A stretch of 61,376 nucleotides of DNA, filler included. It is 7 parts of 7 records of this genome, joined end to end, with 100 filler letters (N's around TTAATTAATTAA, not from the genome) between each part and the next. Parts side by side here need not be neighbours in the genome. Positions count along the whole stretch, not along the records: positions 1 to 20,441 come from DRR723986_770; positions 20,542 to 26,373 come from DRR723986_778; positions 26,474 to 31,704 come from DRR723986_779; 4 more parts are not named here. One strand, 5' to 3'. Below, in pieces: positions 19,719-30,696 of this stretch. Both the position numbers and the translations under genes were made by a program. Within the stretch, counting starts at the first letter, position 1, and every line of letters begins with the position of its first letter. Below the pieces are notes generated by a model that was not told the DNA's origin, did not search any database, and saw nothing but the letters and a program-made list of their open reading frames with translations.

Positions 19719-20441
19719 TTAGGTTGGCGGGGCAGTATATCGCGCTATCGCCGTAAGCTCTTCACTACTCAACAAGCGGCTTTCACCCAGGGCTAAATCC
19801 GCCAAGGCTACCGGCCCCACCGACTCGCGATGCAGGGCCAACACCTCGTTATCAAAAGCGCCGAACATCCGCTTCACCTGGTGGTACTTACCCTCGGTAA
19901 GCGTTAGCCGCGCTGTGGTGGCCGACAGAATCTGCAACTGCGCGGGCTGAGTGGTAATGCCCTCATAAGCAAAATAAACACCGCGCTGAAAGGCATCGAT
20001 ATAGTCCTGGGAGAGCGGCGTGGCCACCTCCACCCAATACACCTTGGCGAGCTTCGTTTCCGGCAAACTGATACGCCGCGACCAGCTGCCGTCATTGCTG
20101 AGCAACACCAAACCCGTGGTATTAAAATCCAAGCGACCGACGATATGCAGCTCTGCCTTGCGCGGGTGATCCAGCACATCAATCACCGTGCGGTGAGCAT
20201 CATCCTTCGTCGCGCTCACCACCCCTTTCGGCTTATTCAGTGCAATGTACAACGGTGTGTCCGCTTGCAAACACAGCCCGTCCACCTCAACGCGACTAAA
20301 GCGATCAATACGTTGGTTAATCGACTTCGCCAGCTCCCCATCCACCATAATGCGCCCCTGCGCCAACAACAGCCGCGTATCCGACATAGCGAACGCAGTA
20401 TGCTGGCGGATGAAACGGTCGAGGCGAGTCGTGTTGGCAGT
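19719..20441 (-). CDS. RsuA-family pseudouridine synthase (start lost at contig end)
   Basis: Frame is open to the gap (TTRLDRFIRQ, S4-like domain); NKPKGVVS, GRLDFNTTG with catalytic Asp, EGKYHQVKRMF. Confidence 0.9.
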   Translation of the reverse strand, partial: TANTTRLDRFIRQHTAFAMSDTRLLLAQGRIMVDGELAKSINQRIDRFSRVEVDGLCLQADTPLYIALNKPKGVVSATKDDAHRTVIDVLDHPRKAELHIVGRLDFNTTGLVLLSNDGSWSRRISLPETKLAKVYWVEVATPLSQDYIDAFQRGVYFAYEGITTQPAQLQILSATTARLTLTEGKYHQVKRMFGAFDNEVLALHRESVGPVALADLALGESRLLSSEELTAIARYTAPPT

Positions 20442-20541
20442 NNNNNNNNNNNNNNNNNNNNNNNNNNNNNNNNNNNNNNNNNNNNTTAATTAATTAANNN
20501 NNNNNNNNNNNNNNNNNNNNNNNNNNNNNNNNNNNNNNNNN
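20442..20541. other. Artificial contig linker
   Basis: N44-TTAATTAATTAA-N44, stops in all six frames. Confidence 0.99.
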
Positions 20542-20561
20542 ACACACACACACACACACAC
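20542..20561. repeat. (CA)n microsatellite at contig end, probably intronic
   Basis: ACACACACACACACACACAC. Confidence 0.9.
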
Positions 20562-20647
20562 CACAAAAGCGACGGCGTCGATAAAAGGGTCCAAAGGGTG
20601 GGAAGGGGGGGGAATGTGGGGGGGAAAATGGTTGCGCGCGCAATCAC

Positions 20648-23600
20648 CGAGTTGACGGCGGCGGTGCTGAGCAGGTCGGTGTGGACGGTGGAGGACAGCA
20701 CGTTGACCACGCGCGTCCACCCGCCGTTGGTCATGTCGCACATGACGTCGAGCGACGCGCCGTTGACCTGGATGGTGTACTGGCCGTCCACGGACCCGCC
20801 GCCGCGCTTGAGGATGTCGTAGCAGCTGTTGTAGGTGGGCGTCAGGTCCACGGCGACGCTGCGCACGAGCGTGCGGGCGCCGAGGGCCACGCCCACGTAC
20901 GCGTCCGCCTGGGTCTCCCACGCCGTGGTGGCGGTGGCGCCGTCGTTGACCAGCGACGCGGTGCCGCTGCTCGCGAACGCCGTGCCCACGAGGGCGACGT
21001 TGACGGCCGAGTCGGCGGTGAGCGCGTCCGCGGCGGACGAGGCCTCGGACACGCTGGCCACCACGGCCTGGGCGGGGACGCGCGAGGGGCTGTGCACCTG
21101 CACGTCCAGGCTGGTGAGCGCGTTCTGGCCCGTGGCGGCGAGCGCAACGTCCACGTACTGCGCGAGGTAGCCGGCGCAGTCCACGACGACGGACGAGCCC
21201 GCGGGCACCACCAGCGAGGACGCGCACGCGCACGCGACGCCCGCCGCGGCAGGGCTCTCCACCGACACGGACACCGTGGCGTCGTGCGAGGAGGGGTTGC
21301 GGTTGGTGACGGTGACGAACGCCACGGCGCGGGTGGTGCCGAGGTCGACGCGCTCGGACGCGCCCTCCAGGGCGGCGGACAGCGCCCGGGCCTTGCCCCA
21401 CGACACGGGGTGCAGCGCGGGCGCCTCCCACCCCAGCACCAGCGACTCGACGAAGGCGTCGCTCAGGGCGGTGGCGAACACGCGGACGTCGTTGAGCTGG
21501 CCGGCAAAGTAGTGCGACCCGCTGCGGCCCGCGATCAGCAGGGCGTCCTTGATGGCGGGCACGGCGCCGGCGTCGTCGGCCTCCACGGCAAAGTCCACCA
21601 CGCGGCCGTCCACCAGGATGGTGGTGCTCGAGGCCAGCGGGCCCGTCTCCTTGGTGACGGCGACGTGGTGCCACACCGCGGCGCCGATGGCCTGCGACGC
21701 GCGCGCGCGCAGGCCGATAAAGTCGATGGCGGGGTGGCCCGAGTCGGCCAGCAGCAGCGACAGGCCGGTGTGGTTGGTGGCCGCGTCCGCGTCCGACGTG
21801 TCGGTGCTGAGGATGCCGGCCGTCTCCACCACGGCGCTCCACTTGACCCACACCGCCACGCTAAACGACGCGTCGCCCACCAGGCCCAGGTCGGACTTGG
21901 CCAGCACGTGGTCGTTGACGCCGTCGAAGCGCAGCGCGCCGTTGGTGGGCAGGCTGGCCGCGATGCGCGCGCACGACGCGGCGGGCGTCCACATGGACGC
22001 GCTGGTCTGCAGGATGGGGCCGTTGACGATGTTGGCGTCGTAGCCGTGCCCGCTGGCGTCCTCCACCAGCGTGTTGGACACGGCGTCCAGGCTCCACCGC
22101 GCCACCTCCGTGTACACCTCGAAGCTGTCGCAGCGCGGGCTGGCCAGCGCGGCCTGGAACGCCGACGCCGACGCGCCCGCGGTGGTGACGTGCAGCAGGG
22201 CGTGGTTGCCCGTGCCGCTGCTGTCCGTGGCCCACGCGTCGCCGTCGAAGCGGTACCACGCCACGAGGTCCGCCCAAGGGTAGGTGGGCGGCGTGTACAG
22301 CTGCGCGAGCAGCTGCGCCTGCGAGCGCGCCGACGACCACACCATCACGTCGTCCAGCGCGCCGTACGCGGGCGGGCGCGCCACGAAGCTCTCCGGCGCG
22401 CTGCCCAGGGCCAGCGACGCGCCGCCGGCCGTGTCCGACACCACCAGCACGCCGTCCAGGTACAGGAAGGCGCCGCTCCCGTCCGACACGGCCAGCGCGA
22501 CGTGCTGCCACTGGCGGTCCTGCGGCAGCCCGTGGGCGCTCAGGGTCGCCGAAGCCGACGCGCCCTGCACCGTGGCCGTGAACAGGCCGTTGCCCGACAC
22601 GCTGACCGCCACCTCCGACGTCGCGGACGACGCGCCGGTGAGCGTGAGCACGGCCTGCTGGTCGCCCGACCGCACGGCGGCGATGGGGAACCGCACCCAC
22701 GCCTCCACCGTCAGCGCCGTGGTGCCCACGCCCGCGAACGGGCTGGCCTCGTAGTAGCCCTCGGTGCCCTTGGAGCCCGCGGCGTAGCCGCACCCCGTGT
22801 ACGGGCTGGCGCTGATGCCGTCCAGGGGCACCACCTCGCCGTCCAGCAGCGGCGCCGTCACCAGCACGCTGCAGGGCGACACCACCACCACGCGGCCGCC
22901 GGCGGCCACCGTGCGCGTGTACTGGCGGCCCACGCACGCGCTGCCGTCGATGCGGAACAGCTCCACCAGGCCCTCGGTGCCGTGCAGGTGCGCGCCGCCG
23001 TTGCTGGCCCGCACCGCGCCGCGCAGGTGCATGAAGCCGTCGAAGGCCACCGTGTACGCGGGCGGCGCGAGCCCTCCCGTGGCGTCCTCCACCCCGCTGG
23101 CCAGCGTCGCCTCGGTCCACGTTGTGGTCGCCTCCATCGGCTTGAGCAGCGTGTTGGTCGTCGTGATGGTGGTGGTGGTGGTGGTGCGGCCGAACGCGTG
23201 CAGCGTGCCGACCACGCTCGTGTCCGACGCGTTGGCGCCGGCGGCTTCGTGCCGGGCCGCGTCCACCGCGAACGAGGCGCACGCGGGGTCGGCGTCGCAC
23301 AGCGCCGCGCACCCTGCCACGCCCGCGCACGAGCCCAGCAGCGCGCCCTGCGGGGTCGAGCCCTCCTCGACCGTGTAGTTGCGGCTGGTGACCAGCCCCG
23401 AGGAAGAGGAAGAGCCGCTGCCGCCCGTCGCCAGCGCCTCGTCGGCGAACGCGAACCGCACGCAGTCCAGGGACACGGACACGGGCCCAAAGTGCTCGCT
23501 GCGGTCGCCCGCGCCGTCGACCACCACGGCACCGTCGGTCAGCACGCGCACCGTGGCGGTGCGGGCGGCCTCGTCGTTGGCGCTCCCGCTGCCGCTGCCG

Positions 23601-26295
23601 CCGGCGTTGGTGTCGGCCACGCCCGTGGCGGGGGCGCAGGCGAAGGCCTGGTCGCTCGCGGGCGTGTAGCCGGCCGGCAGGTAGGCCACGGGGTTGGCGG
23701 CGCCCGTGTTGACGCCCGTGCCCACCACCGACCCGCGCAGGTAGACGTGGCGCGAGTCGCGGTAGCACCCGGGCGGCGAGGCCCACGCCGCGATGGCGGA
23801 CGAGTCGCGCGCGGTGGCGGTGGGGGTGACGGTGAGGGTTGTGGCTGTGGCGGCGGCGGCGCGCCACGAGCTGAGGAGGTCGAGCTCGAAGGCGAGCTGC
23901 AGGCCCTCGGGGACCACGTCGAAGCGCTGGCGGATCTCGGCCAGGTACGCCGCGGCCTCCTGCTCGGCGCACTGCGACGCGGGGGACGAGTCGTCGCAGT
24001 CGGTGCGGGTCACCGTGGCCCACTGCACCTCGGCGCTGTCCGCGCCCAGGGCCACGGGCGACACCGAGTCGATGCTGCCGAGCGGCACGGCGGTGAACAC
24101 CTCGGCGCTGCCCACCGACTGCACCAGCTCCGTGCCCACGTCGGTGCCGGCGCGGATGCGGAACGACAGCGCCTTGCCCACGCCCGTGGCCACCGTGGTG
24201 TAGTTGTAGTAGTTGGTGTTCTCGTCCAGGGCGTCGCTGACGGTCTCGTAGGCGCTGTCCGCCTCGTACGCGCCCTTGACCTCGAGCACGTACTTTGTGG
24301 CCTTGGCGAGGCGCGCCCACGTCACCGCCACGGACCGGCCGTCCGTCAGCACCACGCCGTGGAAGCGCACGCGCCCGAGCGGCGTGACGGTGGCCACGTT
24401 GCCGCCCGTGGTCTCGCGGCCCGTGGACGACACGGCCACCATCTGGAACTCGTACGTCACGCCGCCCGTGAGGTTGGCCACGGTGAAGGTGAGCGTCTGC
24501 GGGTGGGTGCCCGAGGGCTGGGCCACGGTGGTGTTCTGCGCGTCCCAAGACCCCGCCCCGGCCTCGCGCTGGCGCAGCACGTACCCGCCCGGCGCGCCCG
24601 GCAGCGTGGACATGCTCATCTCCACCTGCGGCACGTCGTCCTCGCCGACGGACATGGCCGTCGCCGCGAGGTCGACCACCTCGTTCTTGTCCAGGATCTC
24701 GTGCGCGGTGGTGGACGCCGCGGCGCCGTACTGGTTGAACGAGCGCGCGTGGATGTACGTGTAGCCCAGCGCCTGGATGTCCGTGGTGTTGAGCTCGTAC
24801 ACGATGGTGTTGCCCGCGCACGAGGGCACGCAGTCCTGGCTGTTGGGCGTGACGGCCTGGGTCAGGAACGGCGCGTCGGCGAGGTCGGCGATCGACTCGC
24901 CCGAGCCAAAGTACAGGTAGTAGCCCGTGATCTCGGGCACGCCCAGCCACGACGCGTCCTCGTGCAGCTCGCCGCCCACCGTCACGCGCGTCACCACGAT
25001 GGTGCCCGACACCACGCCGTAGCTCCCGTCCAGGTCCTCGAACTCCACCGAGTCGGGCGACGTCACGGGCTTGGCCTTGTCGGCGATGGCCACCGACGAC
25101 GACTGCTGGCTGCGCCCGTCGCCGTTGATCGCGAACAGCACCACGTGCGTGTACGCCAGCTCCACGAACCCGTCGTCGTCCGCGTCGAACTGCGTCGTCG
25201 TGCCCGCCGGCACCGTGAACGACGCCGTGGGTGGGTGCGTGGCGTTGGAGTTGGCGCCGCCCAGCAGCGACACCAGCACGGGCGAGCTGGACAGCGCCGA
25301 CCCGAGCAGCGGCCCGCCCAGCGACTTGTCCAGGTACTCGCCGCTCGTCCCGGGGCTCGCCATCGCCGACACCGTGGCGTAGTCCACCCACGACGAGCCG
25401 TTGTAGTACTGCACTGCCGCCGCCGCGGGGAACGTGCTGTCCGACGACGAGGTCGCGAAGCGCACCGCCGTGGGCGTCACGTCCTCGGAGAACGTGTACG
25501 TCACCACGCACGGCAGCCGGTTGCAGGCGACCACCGTCTGCCCGGTGAACGTGCCGTCGTTGAGCCGCGCCGCGGCCGCCGTTGGGCCCTCGCGCACGAG
25601 CACGCGCAGCCCCAGCGACGCGGCGCCGCCCTTGGCCGTGCCCGACGTGCTCGGCCCGGCGAACCCTCCGCCCAGCGCGTCGCACACGTCCGCCGTGCCC
25701 ACGGCGCCGCCGTAGTAGATGCCCTCGCCCACCGACGACGCGCTGCTGCACCCGCAGTCGCGGTTGGCGTCGGTCGTGGGCGTGATCGCCCAGCACGAGT
25801 GCCCGTACAGCGTGCCGCCCTCCACGCACGCGCGGCAGAACAGCGCCGACGACGACCCGAACGCGGGGCTGGTCACGCTGGTGCTGAGCCCCGTCACCGT
25901 GATGCTCTGCTGCACGCTCGCCTGCGAGAAGATGTTGCTGCCCGACGGCACGTAGAACTCGACGTAGTCCGCGGTGCCCCACTCCATCCGCACGTAGTAC
26001 GCCCCGCTGTCCGAAACGAACGCGGGAAGGTTGGTGAAGTTCAGGAAGCGCATGGTGCTGCTGGCGTCGCCCGCGTCCAGCCCCACCCCCGCCGCCTCCT
26101 CGCCCACCAGGTTCACCCACTCCGACCCGTCGTCGTCCGTGGTCAGCGTCGGCACCACCGCCTCGGACAGCCCGAGCTGCGTCTGGAAGTCGTCGCTGGC
26201 GCTCCACCCGCCCGTCACCAGCGCCGCCTCCGTCGCCTCCATCGTGCTGCCCGCCACCACTTCCGTCACCTTGATCCGCCACTGGTCCGACGCGG
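20648..26295 (-). CDS. Probable single internal exon of a giant eukaryotic extracellular mosaic protein (discoidin-like, FN3, PAN, 2x LamG, fucolectin-like, fibrinogen-like domains)
   Basis: About 1880 open codons with strong G/C third-position bias. Minus-strand acceptor GCTCAC-polypyrimidine-GTGTGCAG| before 26295; candidate donor TCG|GTGATT after 20648. Motifs: FN3 (NLTGGVTYEFQMVAVS), LamG (LTVEAWVR..WQHVAL..LYLDG..GALDDVMVWS; SVAVWVK..WHHVAVT..GQLNDVRVF), PAN (CAALCDADPACASF), VDLGTTRAVAFVTVTNR, SCYDIL..DGQYTI..VMCDMTNGGWT. Confidence 0.8.
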
Positions 26296-26344
26296 CTGCA
26301 CACCAACAAAAAAACGGGGGGGGGAACAAAAAGGTGAGCGATGA

Positions 26345-26373
26345 ACACACACACACACACGCACGCACACGCA
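26345..26373. repeat. (CA)n/(GCAC)n microsatellite at contig end, probably intronic
   Basis: ACACACACACACACACGCACGCACACGCA. Confidence 0.88.
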
Positions 26374-26473
26374 NNNNNNNNNNNNNNNNNNNNNNNNNNN
26401 NNNNNNNNNNNNNNNNNTTAATTAATTAANNNNNNNNNNNNNNNNNNNNNNNNNNNNNNNNNNNNNNNNNNNN
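26374..26473. other. Artificial contig linker
   Basis: N44-TTAATTAATTAA-N44. Confidence 0.99.
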
Positions 26474-26858
26474 CAGACCCGAGTTTCCACACAGCCTCGG
26501 CCGGGACTGGACACCGCCTCGCGGTGGCTTCACCCGCCGCGACGGGCGCGACGCGGTTGCGACCCGCAGGGCCTATATCCGCGAATTCGGCGAACAGCCC
26601 CCGGCGCGACATTGGCCCGATCCCAACCGGGCGGTTCGGTTGACCGTAGCTGTTGGGTTTGGCGTGGCGGGCGCGGCGGGGTCGATGGCGGCAGCCTCTG
26701 TCGGGCCTGTCGTTGCAGGCGCGGCTTTGGCGTTGCTGATCCTGCTGCTGCGGGACCGGGGCGGCGGGGATGGGGGTGATGACAGCGCCCACTGGGGCAT
26801 GATCGCAGCCGGTGACGGCGGCTTTGACGGGGGTGATGGTGGGGGAGGTTGCGATTGA
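26474..26858 (+). CDS. 3' part of a glycine-rich-domain membrane protein
   Basis: Frame is open from the gap: ATRRAYIREFGEQPPARHWP, hydrophobic segments, then a DGGFDGGDGGGGCD tail. Confidence 0.6.
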
Positions 26859-26895
26859 TCTGGCACCTCGGCGCAGGCGCGTTTAGTCTGACCCC

Positions 26896-28446
26896 ATGAA
26901 CGATTTGCTGGACGACGACACCCCGGGCAACGCACCGGAATTCACGGTTTCCGAGATCTCGGGGGCGGTCAAACGCACCATTGAACAGGGCTTTTCGCAT
27001 GTCCGGGTGCGCGGTGAGGTCGGGCGGCTCTCGCGGCCCCGGTCGGGGCATATCTATCTGGATCTCAAGGATGATCGCAGCGTGCTGGCCAGCGTCATCT
27101 GGAAAGGTGTATCTTCTCGGCTTGCGACCCAGCCTGAGGAAGGGATGGAGGTTATTGCCACCGGGCGGCTGACGACCTTCCCCGGCCAGTCGAAATACCA
27201 GTTGGTGATCGAAGATATCCGCCCCGCAGGCATGGGCGCGCTGATGGCGATGTTGGAGAAGCGCCGCGCGGCGCTGGCGGCCGAGGGGCTGTTTGATGAA
27301 AGCCGCAAGAAAGCGCTGCCGTTTCTGCCCGAGGTGATCGGGGTCGTGACCTCGCCCTCCGGCGCGGTGATCCGGGATATTCTGCACCGGCTGCGAGACC
27401 GGTTCCCGCGCAAGGTGCTGATCTGGCCCGTTGCGGTACAAGGCGCGAAATGTGCGCCCGAGGTGGCCGCCGCGATCCGGGGGTTCAACGCCTTTCCTGC
27501 GGGGCGGCTGCCCCGGCCCGATCTGATCATCGTGGCGCGTGGTGGTGGATCTTTGGAGGATCTCTGGGGCTTCAACGAGGAAGCGGTTGTGCGGGCGGCG
27601 GCAGAGAGCGAGATCCCGCTGATCTCGGCCGTGGGGCACGAGACCGATACGACGCTGATCGACCACGCCTCCGACCGGCGCGCGCCGACGCCGACGGCGG
27701 CTGCTGAAATGGCAGTGCCGGTGCGGCTGGATCTGCTGAACTGGGTGGGCGATCAGGGTGCGCGGGCCACGCGGGCGGCAACGCAGGCGGTGGCGCAGCG
27801 GCGTCAACGGCTTGGCGATCTGGCGCGGGGTCTGCCCCGGCCAGAGGCATTGCTGGAGGCGGCGCGGCAGCGGCTGGATTATCTGGGTGCAGGGCTCGAT
27901 CCGGCCTTGCGGGCGCTGACCCAGAAACGCCGGATGGAGCTGGACCGTCAGGCTGCCCGGCTGGCCCCGGCGCTGGAGCGCGGGGTTGCCACGCGGCGTG
28001 TGGCGCTTGGACGGGCCGAAGCGGGCCTGTCGCCCGCGCGGCTTGGCTCTGCGGTGAGGCAGCGGCGTGATCTTCTAAACCGTCTGGCGGCGCGGCTTGC
28101 CCCCGAGCGGCTGGCCGACCGCACGGCGCGCGACCGGCAGCGGTTCGATGACCTGTCGGCACGCTTTGCACGGGTGGCCGCACAAGGGATCGCGCAGCGA
28201 CGCGAGCGGCTGACGGCGTTGGAGAGGCTGCACCAAACGCTCGGCTACACCGAAACGCTGAAGCGCGGCTATGCGGTGGTGCGGGCGGGAGACGAAGTTG
28301 TGACCACACGCGCCGCCGCGAAAACCCATGCGCGGCTGGAAATCGAGTTTTCGGACGGGGCGATCGGGGTTTACACAGAAGGTGGACCGCCACGGGGCAA
28401 GCGCGGCGGCGGCAAGGATGAACCCGAGCAGGGGAGCCTGTTCTGA
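26896..28446 (+). CDS. xseA: Exodeoxyribonuclease VII large subunit
   Basis: [67 protein letters not shown]. Confidence 0.96.
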   Translation: MNDLLDDDTPGNAPEFTVSEISGAVKRTIEQGFSHVRVRGEVGRLSRPRSGHIYLDLKDDRSVLASVIWKGVSSRLATQPEEGMEVIATGRLTTFPGQSKYQLVIEDIRPAGMGALMAMLEKRRAALAAEGLFDESRKKALPFLPEVIGVVTSPSGAVIRDILHRLRDRFPRKVLIWPVAVQGAKCAPEVAAAIRGFNAFPAGRLPRPDLIIVARGGGSLEDLWGFNEEAVVRAAAESEIPLISAVGHETDTTLIDHASDRRAPTPTAAAEMAVPVRLDLLNWVGDQGARATRAATQAVAQRRQRLGDLARGLPRPEALLEAARQRLDYLGAGLDPALRALTQKRRMELDRQAARLAPALERGVATRRVALGRAEAGLSPARLGSAVRQRRDLLNRLAARLAPERLADRTARDRQRFDDLSARFARVAAQGIAQRRERLTALERLHQTLGYTETLKRGYAVVRAGDEVVTTRAAAKTHARLEIEFSDGAIGVYTEGGPPRGKRGGGKDEPEQGSLF

Positions 28447-28553
28447 CCGGGATTGCGCTGCCTGCGGCATCGCCCGGGGAACGGCCCTCCTCAGACCCCT
28501 TTGGGGCCTTCGTCGGCCCGTGTTGCCACGGACGTTTGTCCAGGCTCGGTCTA

Positions 28554-29585
28554 TTACAATGACGTTCGGTTTGGGGGCAGGGGGGCAGACATTGCCTTTG
28601 CGGCGCGTTTGTCCATCACCCTGCGCCACCGGCGCGGCATGGTGGCCAGCATCGCCATCACCGGCATTGACCAGGGCAGGGTCGGGGCGCTGGCGGGGGT
28701 TTGCAGCGCATCATAGGGCGTATCGGGATGCATGTGATGATCGGAATGGGCGGGCGCGTTCACCATCAGGTAGGACGTGAACCCACGCGGAGCGTTCCAG
28801 CTGTGACGGGCAGAGACCGGTTCCCATTTGCCGTTCGGCAGGCGGTGTCGGCTGAGGCCGTAGTGCTGGATGTAGTCTGACAGCAGGATCTGGACATGCG
28901 CCAGCAGCGCCAACGCAAGAAGCCCCACCCCGCCGCCGGGACCGCCGACCAGGACCGCCAGACCAAACGTCACGGCACTGCCTGACAGATACCACAGATA
29001 GGGGTTCGGCCCCCTGCGCCGGGCATCACGCGCGCGTTCGGCCGCCAGCCCGGCCCGGAACGATCCGATCCAGGCCCTTGGCATAAAGGCCCAGAAGCTT
29101 TCGCCGGGGTGCGGGGTGTTGGGGTCGTCGGGGGTGCCGACATGGGTGTGATGCACCAGACGGTGCGCCGAGACGTGGTGGCCGAACAGCATCGAGACAT
29201 AGACCGAGGCCCCGAGACGGCGCAGAACGCGCGGCGCGCGGTGGATCAGCTCATGCGCATTGGGGTGGCTGACCTGGCCCAGAAACGACCCCGCCGCCAG
29301 CAGCAGCGTGACCTGTTCTGCAACGCTGCGAGAGGGATCGCCGAACGCATGGGCCGCCAGAGCCAGCAGCGCGATATGGCCAAGTGCCAGCAGCACCGAC
29401 AGCGGATCGGCCGCGGCAGAATGGTGAACCGGGCCGCGTGGCGGGGTCAGCAGGTGATCGAGCCCGGCTGCCAGCAGCGTCAGCCAGATCAGGGCAAGGC
29501 CGGCCCACCATCCGCCCCAAAGCGCCCCGGCCAGAAGCAGGGCCAGCGGGGTCAGCGTGGCGATGGCATAGCGCCAGATCGGCAT
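28554..29585 (-). CDS. alkB: Alkane 1-monooxygenase-like membrane diiron enzyme (divergent AlkB)
   Basis: His boxes HELIH, AHRLVHH, DYIQHYGL, HSDHH; HSWN; N-terminal TM helices. Confidence 0.8.
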   Translation of the reverse strand: MPIWRYAIATLTPLALLLAGALWGGWWAGLALIWLTLLAAGLDHLLTPPRGPVHHSAAADPLSVLLALGHIALLALAAHAFGDPSRSVAEQVTLLLAAGSFLGQVSHPNAHELIHRAPRVLRRLGASVYVSMLFGHHVSAHRLVHHTHVGTPDDPNTPHPGESFWAFMPRAWIGSFRAGLAAERARDARRRGPNPYLWYLSGSAVTFGLAVLVGGPGGGVGLLALALLAHVQILLSDYIQHYGLSRHRLPNGKWEPVSARHSWNAPRGFTSYLMVNAPAHSDHHMHPDTPYDALQTPASAPTLPWSMPVMAMLATMPRRWRRVMDKRAAKAMSAPLPPNRTSL

Positions 29586-29712
29586 CGGATTGTCCTTTGC
29601 AGCCGTTTACGAATGTTACCAATGGTCAAGCGCGTCCCGCAAGGCAATGCGCCTCTTGCCGCGCCCATCCTGATACGCTCTGGTTGAGATCAGGTTGACG
29701 AAAGGGATGGGC

Positions 29713-30363
29713 ATGACAGGCGCGATGGTGGTGGCCGGGGCAGGGGCGGTGATCGCCCTGATCTATCAGGCAAAGGTAAACGATGATCAAAGCGCCCTGC
29801 GATCTGGCCTGAAAACCGCGCCGGTGGCATTGTTCGCGCTGGCGGCTCTGCTTGGCGGGGGGCCGTGGTTGCTGGTTTTGGGGCTGGCGCTTGGCGCGGT
29901 CGGGGACTTTGCCCTGTCGCGCAAGGGCGAGGCAGCGTTCATGGCCGGGCTTGGCAGTTTCGCGCTGGCGCATCTGGCCTATGCGGCGGTCTTCGTCGGC
30001 ATTGACGGGCGGCTGGCCCTGTTCGACCTGAGCGCACCACGCTGGCTTGGGCTGGCGGCACTGGTGATCATGGCGCAGTCGACGGTGATCTGGCTGCTGC
30101 CCCATACAGGCGGCTTGAAACGGCCTGTCGCGGCCTATGTCGCGATCATCAGCGCCATGGGGCTTGCGGCGCTGCATCTGCCCGGCACCCATGGGTTGGC
30201 GATGCTGGGAGCCGGGCTGTTCGTGGCCTCGGACCTTGTGCTGTCGGTCGAGCTGTTTCGTATGCAGGACGGTGGCGCCAATGCCCGCATCGCCAGCCAC
30301 GCGGTCTGGCCACTTTACTGGATCGGGCAGGGGTTGATCCTTGCTGGCATCCTCTGGGGCTAG
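29713..30363 (+). CDS. Lysoplasmalogenase (YhhN family) membrane protein
   Basis: LKTAP, GDFALS, GLGSFALAHLAY, LFVASDLVL, PLYWIGQ. Start uncertain (29695/29707/29713). Confidence 0.85.
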   Translation: MTGAMVVAGAGAVIALIYQAKVNDDQSALRSGLKTAPVALFALAALLGGGPWLLVLGLALGAVGDFALSRKGEAAFMAGLGSFALAHLAYAAVFVGIDGRLALFDLSAPRWLGLAALVIMAQSTVIWLLPHTGGLKRPVAAYVAIISAMGLAALHLPGTHGLAMLGAGLFVASDLVLSVELFRMQDGGANARIASHAVWPLYWIGQGLILAGILWG

Positions 30364-30593
30364 CGCCGACCGCGCCACGCCATCTTCATGTAGACATCAC
30401 CCGCGGTCAGTTCGCTCAGCATCTGGGCAATGCGCTTTTCGCGTGTCTCGGGCCGTTTTGCACGGGCGATCCATCCGAGGTAATCGTTCTGCTGATAGGG
30501 CGGGCGCGCATCATAGGCGCTGCGCAAACCGTCCGCTCGGAGATGGGATGCGATATCGGCAGGCATGGCTTGGGTCGGACGGGTCAGGCTCAT
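30360..30593 (-). CDS. YdeI/OmpD-associated family small protein
   Basis: MPADI...YDARPPYQQNDYLGWIARAKRPETREKRIAQMLSEL..GDVYMKM. ATG 30593 preferred; the ORF-track extension overlaps ftsY antisense. Confidence 0.85.
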   Translation of the reverse strand: MSLTRPTQAMPADIASHLRADGLRSAYDARPPYQQNDYLGWIARAKRPETREKRIAQMLSELTAGDVYMKMAWRGRR

Positions 30594-30696
30594 GCTGACA
30601 GAATATGCCCTGATCGGCCCTGTGTCGACAGGCGGTGCTTCCATCCGGCGCGCGCCCGTATTAGGTGAAGGGAAGCCGTTTTTCCAAGGGGGCCTC

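Noticed and set aside
20486..20497. TTAATTAATTAA repeated six times as a possible regular repeat or att site
   Set aside because: Always centred in 88 Ns; a synthetic six-frame stop linker.
23160..23186. (GGT)n trinucleotide repeat
   Set aside because: Encodes an ordinary poly-Thr linker in the eukaryotic protein.
20681..26344. 1887-aa plus-strand ORF and the 1499-aa and 453-aa alternative minus-strand ORFs
   Set aside because: Shadow ORFs expected from extreme G/C third-position bias. They are Arg/Gly/His-rich with no motifs; only the 1960-aa frame gives recognisable domains.
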